64,000 nucleotides of DNA, from assembly GCA_964304625.1 (NCBI GenBank), contig OZ199839.1, positions 2,885,223-2,949,222 of the forward strand, given 5' to 3'. Positions 24,639 through 35,995 of the stretch are shown piece after piece (positions within the stretch are counted from its first letter, which is position 1; each line of letters opens with the position of its first letter). The notes under the pieces are model-generated. The model ran no database searches, had not been told where the DNA came from, and worked only from the letters and a program-made list of their open reading frames with translations. The DNA is from Kudoa neothunni. Taxonomy: Eukaryota > Animalia > Cnidaria. Made by a program: the position numbers and the translations under genes.

Positions 24639-26877
24639 CCTTATCTATAAACTTAAAATCTAATCCTGTAAGAGCGTTTCCCATTACAATTGAAGGTGAT
24701 AATATTTTGTTAGTGAGGTTTGGTTTAGAGACGCCAAAAAGAAAAACAATGCTTTGATTTGTAATAAATAAAATAAAACCGTATCAAAAAATCTTGTTGT
24801 TGTACTCTTGCTGTTTATTACATATATTTAAATTGGAGCCTACGGTTTGCTCTTACCAACAAGTACTCATGGGAAGAGAGAATTCGTTTCCTCGTTGAAT
24901 AATTCATCGATACCGTAAATAAACGATATGTTACTAAATATTGGGAACCTACGTTTATAGAACTTTTTATCCATTTTTCTAATATTAAGGATAATATATA
25001 AAACACAACTAGGAAAATGGAAAATAATGAGAATCTATTTTCTTATTTTTTATAAAGAGTTATTTACAGTAATAAGATTATATTGATGGATTCTGTTGAA
25101 ATTATCAAGTGAATTCAACATATTTTGACTTACATAATGTGGATCTTAATTAAATAAATTTCTGTCAACTATAACCCGGATAAATAGGCCAATTCGTTTA
25201 ATAACAAAAAAAGTTGGCACAAGTTGTCATTATTTGATTCAAAATTCCCCGAGGCTTTCTGGGCTGATTGAAAATTCAACAAAAATACTCTTACGTCGTA
25301 ATTTTATTACTTCTACCTAAACCTTCACATTAGTATGAAAAACATTCTAATCCAAAAACAAATATTTTTATCATTTTATAAATATATTGAAAAACGTAAG
25401 TTTATTAGTTTTTGTAAGGCTGGCAAAGAATTCGACGATAATAAAAAATGAATTAAATTTTAAAGTTTCTCCGGTTTTTATGTAATATTTTCTATAAATT
25501 GGTCTATCTATGCATCTTCCCTTTAGGAAAATTTTGAAACCTTCATGGTTATACTTAAAAAAGTTTAAGGGTCAAATCTGAATTCAAAACAGAATTAATT
25601 TAATCAATTTTGAAAAATTTGATTTTAGCTTTCAAAAAATCTATTATGAAAATTCATTTTAATTTGTTATAATCAAATATTAAAAATATATTTACTATTA
25701 TTTACGTTTTGATCTTTATATAGTCTTAAAGAATTTAGGGATCGATTCGACCATAGACTATTTGTTGTGGTCATTTTTGTGTTCTTTAGAATGATGAGGG
25801 ATCCAACAGACATCAAATCAAGCATATCGGATAGAAAAATTATGCCTAAATTAAGAAATTTTTTCCGAATTTACTTTACAGAAATAATTTATTGAGAATA
25901 TTAGCAAAAAAACAACTGAAATATATTGAGACTAATTTGAAAAACTTAAATGGACAATAACTCTGTGAATAATTCTAAGATTGGCTATTTTTCCTAGTTA
26001 ATTCTTTCGCTCTTAAATAATTGCATAAAATTGGTTAAATATATAAAATAGAAATGATAAACAGAAGGTAAATATAAAATCCTTTCAATTGGAATAGAAA
26101 AAAAATAAATTAAGTGGGTATGTTTAATAGTTAAATTAGAATTTTATTTTAAAGTATAATTAATTTATCAATTTAATGATCCTCTACAAAATAATATCGA
26201 TAGGAAGACCGAGAGGTGGTAATTTAACATTGATTTCTCATACAACGAAAAACAAGACTCCATTATTTACCATTCAAATAACACTCATTACAAATTTTTT
26301 TCATTAAATAGCTTTTTGTAAAATGTTCTTTGATCAAAGCTTGGCAATATCCAATTTTATATTCGACTCAGCAATTTTTGAATTAATTTAAAATTTTCAC
26401 CTATTGCTGTGATAAATGAATTCATAAAATACCATTTATGCGAAAGCTATGTATTTTAATTATTTATTTGATATCTAATGCATATAAACTTTTACTGTTT
26501 TATTATTTGAATAATTCAGAAAATAAAAAAAAGATATGTCTAAAATTTTTATAGATATATCAATAATTAAATTAATTATATTTTACTGTTAATATAAATT
26601 TAAATGATATTAACAAATTGTTTGAATAAAATAATTATTCAAAAATAAAACTGAAGAATACTGTCGATAATTAATCTTATTTTTATGTTACATGAATAGA
26701 CGTTGGTCTGCGACTTTTATTAATCAAATTTAATTTGCATTATTATTAATAAGGTTTAACATTAATAACTATTGCACTAATACTATTGAATATCGTAACA
26801 TAACAAATATATTAAACTTATATCAGACCATATAAGAATTGCAGCTATCAGTTAATGGTTAGGGAATTTGTTGACTT

Positions 26878-27297
26878 GACTTTTTTTTGTTTACAAGATA
26901 GAAACCCTGTCCCTTATCTTTATGCGGTAGTGTGGGATTTTAACCCACTAAACATCCTCGTTTCGTCTCAAACACCACCCCAACCATACCCTGGACTAAC
27001 CCAGAATTAGTCTGAGAAAGTTGTCTGAATGCAAACATCGACTCCACAGAAACACCCTTACTGGGTTTTATTTCGTTCCTGTACTCCGGTGTTTATGAGC
27101 GCCCGAGTTTTACCTTTGTGCCAGGCTCCCCTCCCAGCTGCAAGCGAGGCCATAATAAATCGTAGATCTTTGAGATAACTACAGCCCCATTAATTGATTT
27201 TGGATTAGGAGTACAGGAACGCCCGGACTAGGCTTCGAACTTACATCCTCAAGGTATGCGATCTCGACCTAAAACCACTATGCCACATCGTCCAGGC
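26878..27297 (-). mobile_element. Full-length tRNA-derived SINE with A-tail and 11-bp TSD
   Basis: Minus strand has A box tggcatagtgg, B box gttcgaagcc, a 3' hairpin gtggg-ttaaaat-cccac and an A8 tail. TSD tttgttgactt at 26867-26877 and 27298-27308. Confidence 0.85.
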
Positions 27298-27468
27298 TTT
27301 GTTGACTTCACGGGTTAATTTGAATCTTTGATTTTCAACGATAATGATCCTATGTGGGACGAGTGACAAAAATATCTTGAGGAAAAATAGCCGATTGTTT
27401 CAGAGAACTCACTAATAAAATCTAATGACAAGTAATAATATATTTTAGTTAGAGGTTTATTAGCGTAG

Positions 27469-27877
27469 TCAACGATTCATTCCTGACTGTATAGGTGCTC
27501 CTGTAAGTTGCTACATAAAAACTCATAAAAAGTGATAAAATTGAGGATGAATTTACGACTGATTCTTGGCGAAGAGCACAACAACTACAACAACAACTTG
27601 TACAACAATCGCTTACAGGTGAACCCTAAAGCTAATCTGTCACCTTTATTCGGCATAACAGTTTAAATACGTCAATTCCGAAAAGCTCTCTCGTTTTCTG
27701 GCGTCCAATACAACCAAAAATAATTGGACAAAGAATATACGCAAGACCACAAAGTAAACAATTTTCCCCATGTTTTTCCATATTTTGGCCATATACAACG
27801 CAAGGAACAAAGCAGGCTAGACATTGCGTTCCACAATCGCTAAAGAAATCACATAAGCCGGTGCTCCACTCACCCAT
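27469..27877 (-). CDS. PLAC8/cornifelin-family protein, copy P3 (intact, 105 aa)
   Basis: Exons 27877-27671, 27625-27557 (GSPVSDCCTSCCCSCCALRQESV) and 27510-27469 (QLTGAPIQSGMNR*), with canonical GT-AG introns. Confidence 0.93.
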
Positions 27878-28459
27878 CCTATACTAGTACATCAATATGA
27901 TCAATTCTAAGCGAAAATTTACTCTCTTCGTTCTATTAGCTAAGCTAATGCGATAATCTATCGTATGACCTTTTCTACTTATACAGGATGGTATTATTAT
28001 GATATTGATTATGACTATTAATTTTTGAATTCTTTAATTTTTTCGCCTAGTACAATAATTTAAAAATAGAGATTTAATAAATACATTAATTTGATAATGA
28101 AGTAGTAATTTTATTTCTCAAGGGAACTTACCGCAAAATCTCTGATCGCAAGTATTCAAAATATCTTATTCATAACGAAATTTCCTTCGTCAAAAAGATT
28201 TAAACAAACTTCTGAATCAATAGACAAAAAGTTTATTGTGTTGCGATGTTTGCAAAATAAGCTTAACTCATTCATTTGGGTCTGGTTATACATGTCGATC
28301 AGGGCGACAAAATATATTGATAAAATTAGATCCAACTTAATCATAAAAATATACTTATTATTTATTCATAATTAATATTATTTTTTTATAACTAAATTTT
28401 TGAACTATAATGGTTTAAATGATTCTAAAATGTTTTCATTTATACCAAAATAAATTAAC

Positions 28460-29460
28460 TTAACCTTCCATGGCCGAAATGATTTTCAATGGGACCTCAG
28501 TTTGATTATTTTTAATGATACATTAAAAGTAATTTATCAATTTCTTAATAATTCTAAGAGTAACTATAAAAAGTTGTAACGTTTGTATAAATGCTATATT
28601 TGATCTTATAAAGTAAAAAATACGCCCAATATATAATATTACTTCCATTAATAATTATTTTCATGGAATTTCACGAAAAATGGTCCTCTATATATGTATA
28701 ACTCTCTTTTACTCACAAATTTTCATAAATTTGGTTTCATTTACTTTTGAGACAGAAATATGTAATGTTTATGTCTACTTCAACATAAGAGGTGTTTAGT
28801 GAGAATTAATCCCAATCATATTTGTCTAGTAATCTCTCGTTTTTATATAATCTGCGTTTACTGACAATATATTAGTTCGTGATTGATTTGATGCATCATA
28901 ACGAATTTGAATCCTTGTTTATCATCGCGAATTATTTGATTTTTATAAAGTGTAATATAAATTAAATTAAAGAATAATAGATAAAATATTCGGAAAATAA
29001 TTATGCACTTGTTATTTATTTAAATCAACAATTGAATCTATTATTGCTTTTCGAAAAAGTCGAGAATAATAATTATTGAACTTCTTTTTGAGTATATAAT
29101 TGTAGTTAGAGTACCATACGCGTATATTGATGCTTGATATTGACATTTGTGTGCTGTCAATTAATCGCGTAGCAGAGGTAAAAATTAATTCCCGCCATTT
29201 GTGCGACAATGAGTGACCCACATTTACATAATATTTAAACTTCAAAAATAATTCATTTGATTAATATAATTATGATACTGCTTAAAAATGCGACGAAATA
29301 AATAATAAATCTTAGAAACTTAAGGGAATATAATAATTAATAGTTTGAGGGAACTATCAAGTAATTAAATTTTCTAATTAAATATTTTGCCATTAATGTA
29401 AAGAAATAAAAAATTGGGAGCACATAGCCAATATTCCCATGCGCCTGTACATGGGTTGAA
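28460..29460. mobile_element. Possible piggyBac-type MITE
   Basis: ttaa-ccttccatgg at the left and tacatggg-ttga at the right; degenerate. Confidence 0.35.
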
Positions 29461-29568
29461 TTTTATTTGAATGATTGTTTATAGGCTAATTTTCCAATGA
29501 TTAATATACTTTTGACTTAAAGTCATCAGATTCTTTAACACTCTACTAATTCATATAATGCAAGAAAT

Positions 29569-29592
29569 TATATATATATATATATATATATA
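29569..29592. repeat. (TA)n microsatellite
   Basis: About 12 TA units. Confidence 0.9.
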
Positions 29593-30021
29593 AATAGTAA
29601 AATATTTCATTATTTAAATTTTTGTAACTTAATTCATCAAAAAATTAAAGAATTCATTATTAAATATTACTTTTTTTGCTAGAAATAAAAATGTTATCAA
29701 ATAAATGAGTTTTATGTAGTGTTAATATGAAATTAAAAATATTAACTAGATTAACCTTAGATTATTTAAATTTCAAATAAATGAATGAATGAATAAATAA
29801 ATAAAGTAATTAATTTCATTCTATAATATCACGGAAATAAAATCAGTTGATGGTAATTTAAGCTAAACGTCAAATCCTAATAGCATTCAGATATGGCCCT
29901 TCAGAAGAAGTAAGCTTAGATGATTTTGCAAATAACAACTCTTTTCATTAGCTAGCAGAGTAATGTTATACGAGGAAAACAAAATAATTAGTTTTTAGTT
30001 ATTGTAACCATGAAAATATAA

Positions 30022-30428
30022 CTAACGCATCATTTCTGCTTGCACAGAAGCTTGTGTCAATTGCTAAAATTCTCAATCAATATAATTAAAATTTATAAAA
30101 CTTACGACGTATTCTTGACGAAGTGCACAACAATGGCAAAAACAACTTATGCAGAGATCCCCCAATGGTGAACCCTAAAGTCAATATACAGTAATTGACT
30201 GACGCACATCCACAAACCTACATCAATTCCATAAAGGTCTCGAGTTCTTCTACGACCAATGCATCCAAAGATTATTGGGCAAAGTAGGTAGACTACGCCA
30301 CAGAGCAGACAACCTTCACCATGTTTTTCCAAATTCTTACCGTACACAAAACAAGGAACAAAACAGGCTAAACATTGAGTTTTCCAATCGCTAACCACGT
30401 CAAACAAACCATTTGTCCATTCACCCAT
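30022..30428 (-). CDS. PLAC8/cornifelin-family protein, copy P4 (intact, 105 aa)
   Basis: Exons 30428-30222, 30174-30106 (GSPLGDLCISCFCHCCALRQEYV) and 30063-30022 (QLTQASVQAEMMR*). Confidence 0.93.
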
Positions 30429-30456
30429 ACTTCACCTTGTAAAAGTATTTATTATC

Positions 30457-30500
30457 TAATCCTGAACGAAAGAGTCCTAATTATAATGGCTGGGATAATA
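30457..30500 (-). promoter_or_regulatory. Conserved upstream cassette (ATTATC + TTCGTTCAGGATTA) of the PLAC8 cluster
   Basis: The same order and spacing is seen upstream of P2, P4, P5 and P6. ATTATC is also present upstream of P1 and P3. Confidence 0.55.
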
Positions 30501-31675
30501 TAGTTATCTGGAAGATTACCAACTTCATCCAGTATTTTTCAATCTTTTTTCTATGGATTTCTAATTATTTTTAGAAATTTAGACCTACTATTATTAGCAT
30601 AAACTAAAATAATCATTTTATCCTGGAAAAATTGAAAACTAGTTTTCTGCTCAGTTAATTTATTGTATTTTATCACAGTTATGTGTGCGTAGGTGTCTTT
30701 TGAGAACATCATGCATATTCTTATCATAATGTTTACAAAAATATTAACATTAATAGCTTATAGAAAAATTTAATTGTGCTAATTAAACTATTTATTTTTT
30801 GCGGTATGCATATATTATAATAAAAAATATGTCAAATAAAATAAAATGATTTGACTTGATGATAAAAAAATGAGTATCTCTTAGAATTGGTAACTTTTCG
30901 TAATCTTATTTAAAGTGACATACGAATATTGCTTAATCCAAACGAAAAATAAAATCATTACACAATGACCTTTTTTTAAAATAAAATTTTTGTCCCTTTA
31001 ATATGTGATAGATACTTCTTACGAAGAGTATTATACACATAAAAACGTCCTAAATTTTCCATTTTTTTGTATGTAACCCGAAGATGCAAAATTTTGTTAG
31101 GAAGAAAAATTTCAAAAACAAAATCATTTTAAGAATCTTTTTTTATTTGTTGACTTACAAGATTAACAAACAAGACAAGGAGATAATATCTAAGGAAAAC
31201 TGTTTTATCTGAAATAGTTTTCCCACTTTATAATAGTTCTGTTGTAAGTGAACCTTTTTCCAAGGTAACGTTGAAATAACTATAAAGAATAAATCTCATA
31301 AAATTCATATTATTCATTGATTTAACCAAACCACTGAATAAGACAATATTTAGGGTTTGCAATCATACTTCAACTACACGTTTAATTCAAATCCTGTAGT
31401 TATCTACTCGAATATTACACTCCTTTCTAAGGGATAACCGTTGAGATTGTTAGAAGCCAAATTAATAATTACATAATATTTGAGTTACACAGCAAAAAGG
31501 GTTTAATAAATTATTATTTTAAACAATCATTTGTTATTTATTCTTAAAATTTAATTTAATATTCTTAAAATACAAAAAATATTTAATTATATTCGGATGT
31601 AAATAAAACTTTTTTTATAACTGAAATATTATTATTAATTTCTACTGGGAAATTTATTTTAAAATTACTTTATGT

Positions 31676-33030
31676 TTAACCATCCAAGAACGTCAAAATC
31701 TCCTACGTTGTTTTTGGGGTCAAATAGACCCCACTTTTTTACTATTTATTTTAGTTTATAAAATCATATTCGTTCATTTTTTATAGTAAAAAATAATTCT
31801 ATCGAATGAATAAGGTAAAAATCTAAGAATACTGTAGAATCGACGTGTTCCGATTGTATCCGATGATCTGAAATGTGTTTTATTCTACATATATATTGGA
31901 ATTAAATTTGTTTTCATATTCATAGTAATATATATCTAAGTTAATTAACCATAGAACATATTTGTAGAGTAAAAATATTTGTATAGCTTTACATGTAACT
32001 CAATATACAATACGTAAAGTATCGTTAATTAATTATTAAAATTGGCCAGTTTTATTAACCTTTAGTTTATATATTGCGTAAAACAACTTTTTATTCTTTA
32101 CAGATTCATAAAGAACGACATGCGTTATTTACCCTCTTAGTAGCTCAAAATATATTGGGGTAGAAATGTACTCCGCGTTTTTATTTCATAAAATCATCTT
32201 AAATAAAAGTTAATATCGACAGAAAAATTTTTTATTTGAAATATGCATACACGATCAATTATTAAGGTTGTTTCGCGCGTGAATGCGCAAAATTACATGT
32301 TGATATATTACTTTGGAATATGATTGTATTTCTAGGTTTATTCCGATGATTTTTTATTTGGAAAATAATTCAAATAATTTAACTACTATATGATAATTTA
32401 ATTCTTATAAAAACATGATATAATATTGCGAAGAAACACACTAAATGATAGTAGACAACGATTATTTCATAAAACAGTTATCACATATTTTTAAGTTCCT
32501 TCTACAATACGAAACTATGCAAAATTATGAATATTCATCATAAATAGAATAATCAGTATAAGAGTCATCATAATCTGATCAAAATTGAAAATAATTTTCG
32601 AAAAATTTTATGTCAGCTACACCTCATTGTATGCAAAGGGGTGCGATTCCAATTTTGGTTGGGAAGCGCTGTCTTATATCGACATCGCGCATGCAGGTGA
32701 GCATTACTTGCGTCGTATTCAGTTATTTATTTAATATTTACTAAATTGAATTCTCAAAAATAAAAAAATTTGTATAAATTAATTAGTACTATTATTTTAT
32801 AAAAGAAAAGCGTGGGACCACTGGATCCCAATAACGACGCGTTGTAAGTAATTGTTACTTTACGCTGGAAAAAAATTTTCCATGATTTTTTGAAAAAGAT
32901 TATGGAATTATATTGCATTTTGGAGGAATAATATTGATTTTTAACCTATTTTGAATTACAGATGAATCTGTAGATGGTTCAGACATTTGCGTTGGGGCCG
33001 AATGGACCCCACACATGCTTGGAAGGTTAA
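31676..33030. mobile_element. piggyBac-type non-autonomous element
   Basis: ttaa-ccatccaag ... cttggaagg-ttaa, with subterminal palindromes ggggtcaaatagacccc and ggggccgaatggacccc. Confidence 0.8.
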
Positions 33031-33079
33031 AAATAATTAGTATATTTCGTAATGATATTTTTTTATATAGGTTAACTCA

Positions 33080-34300
33080 TATACAATAAGTTCTCGATTT
33101 TACGAGGTTCGATATGGGGATAGTTGGCATTGTTATTTATTTTATGTACTCAACATTATAAATTTTTTGATGTATATAGTCTTTTAGTTTAACGTTATAC
33201 ACAAACATATGAAATAACATTTATTTGACGCAGTTTTCGTAAGATTCAGCGTCTTGCTATTGAGTAGTAGTGATTTCAAACTTTAATATGATTAATCCAC
33301 CAAATTACACATTGGAAAGTTCAACATTGTGAGAGAAGAAAGGAATTTTGATAAAATATTGGAATTATTCAACATTATAATTCAATTTAACAAATCTTAG
33401 ATGCCAATAAATGACTCTAGAGCACTATAGAATATAATATATTCTTTTATTGTGAGTTTTATTCAAATTATAATAAAATTTTGACATAATGAACTCCATT
33501 ATTGCTTAAAAAAGTAAAGGGATTACAAATGCAACATATTTTTGACTTGAAATTGAGTCATATGACTGACTGGATCGTGTCAGAACACGAAAAAAATATT
33601 CTAGAGTTTTTGATCACCGAAAAGGAAAAACTTTTTGTTAATGATCTTTAAATCATGAGTTTCAGTTAAAACAAATGTTGGCTTGAAAATTTTAAGATTC
33701 GCTTTTATTTTAATAATTCACTCTCTGCGGAGAAGCAGGTAGCACTGATGACGTTATTGTGATTAGGTAAACGAATTTTATGAGGTAATAAGTAGATATG
33801 AAAAATAACACACATTAAATCTAGACGAGACCTATCTTTTTACGAACAATACACTCAACGAACAGATGCAATGAAGAATCAGTAAAATTAAAAGGAAATT
33901 AAACAAGCACGAAAGACTGTCGTCGCATTATAGACTGGTAAACTTACAGGAAAAAATTTCCCATGTAATCTCATTGATGAAATAAAGAGATCCGCCGTTT
34001 TAAAGGAATTAATGATTTCCATTTTAAAAATAACGATCAAAAATGTGTTTTGGTGTCCTCAACTATCGTTTTTGATAGTTTAAACCCTTGATCAAAAGTT
34101 CGCGAAAGAAAGATTAAAATTTATTATACTGTTGGATCGATGCCTTTCACATTATTTATTAAATAATACAACCAAATGGATCTTTTTTTCGTTGGAAAAT
34201 AGAAAATTTATTCTTATAGCGAGAGCACATTTAGTTTGGGACAGAGATTGCCTATTGGCGATAAAAGCTCAGCTCCCAATTTAATGCGCGATATCGAGGC
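33080..34300 (+). mobile_element. Heavily decayed pogo/Tigger transposase
   Basis: HTH remnant WLENFKIR near 33680, LKPLDQ near 34080, and a TIR-like tacaataagttctcgattttacg at ~33080. Confidence 0.55.
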
Positions 34301-35995
34301 CTTATTGTATTAAGAAAATATTTGGGACCCTATGAGACCTCACGTTCGTTTGAAGGTCGTCGTTTTTGTGTATTTTAGAGCAATAATTCTTGATAATGGG
34401 TGCGAGACTCATCTAATACTAAATATAAAAATAATATTAACCAGTTTCCATTTTGCATTCATTTATATCCATTTAATTACCTACTGACTTACGTCGGATT
34501 GTAATTTTTTGTATGGTCTATTATCAATAGTTGGTTATCACAACACATCGATATAAATCCTAAAAAATTGATTTGTGTATTTAGGTAATCACAATATGGA
34601 ACGTTCCTAATGACGTCGATAAACTAGTTCTAATTAGGCTACGGAATTCAAAATTTAAAATTAAATAACCCTATTTTTTTATTTAATTTATTTTATTAAA
34701 TAAAACGCATAAGTCGTTTTATTAAAATTTTTGTTAATGTTGTAAGTAATCGATGTTTGATTATATTTAAAAATGAACAACCAATATTTTTGTGGATAAT
34801 TATAAAATATATTATTTAAAAATAGCATTTTAAAGTAAATTAATATAGATAATCAAACTCCCTTTATCCTAACTTCGTTTATCTAAAAATCACATCATCT
34901 AAAAACTTAAAAAAATTCATTTTGATTTGATGTATATTCTAAAAAAATTTCAGTATTAAAAAACAAATGCTACGGCCCCGCATATTCGCATAAAACGCAA
35001 TTTCATTCTATTTATTTCATCCAAAATAAAATATAATTTATTGAAATGAACATTACTTTAAAATGAAAGAATTAATTAATCGTTTATAATGATTCAGAAT
35101 GAAATGAGTAATTAATAATAAGTAATCTCTGAATTAATTTTTGTTGCGGATAAATGAATTGAGATGTATGCTTGATCGATAATTTTAATTCACAAACATT
35201 ATAATATCAAACGAAGCAATACAATAATTCCTTGATATTTGCGCCGTTGGTGGATATAAATTAAAATATAATTTCCTATTAAGAAATTGACCAAAGTGAT
35301 ATTTTTTCTATTTTATTAGTAAACTTTTTCTCATCTGTTTAACGTAAAATATATATTTAAAATCACGTGGCATCAATGTTTTTATGATATTTTAGATCAA
35401 CACGAATAGACATATACATTTAGGCTTTGATTAAGAATTATTACACTCCATTTTTACAATAATTAAAGAAATATCATTAACTCCAAACAATATATCATAT
35501 TTAAATGGAAGTTGAAGTTATTTAGGGCGTCAAAAATCGACCTGAGATTAAATATTAAGAAAATTCCGATTAATTTTCTGTTATTTTAAATTTTTGTCTA
35601 AGACATGCACTAATATTCTACTAAGCAGCGCTAAAGAAATATATGTTTTTCCAAAAATTATTTGTTTGAATAATATTTTTCTTATTAACTAAAATATTCA
35701 ATCTACTTTTAGAATAACTGTAAATATTTCCGTCATAATTTTATATTAGAATTATCAAAATACATCATTATCTTATATTTCTAGTCTAAAAAATATTTTC
35801 ATAACTTGATAAATAGATAATCCTTATAAATTTTGTAAATTAAACTTTTTTGGTTTATAAAACTTCGATTTTAATTTAATAAGTATACAAAAACACATTC
35901 TCATAAATTTTAAAATAATAGGGAAATAAATTTACCAACTAAAAAATATAAGAATTCTAATTGATATAAACGATATTTTGTGTATTAAAAAGTAG

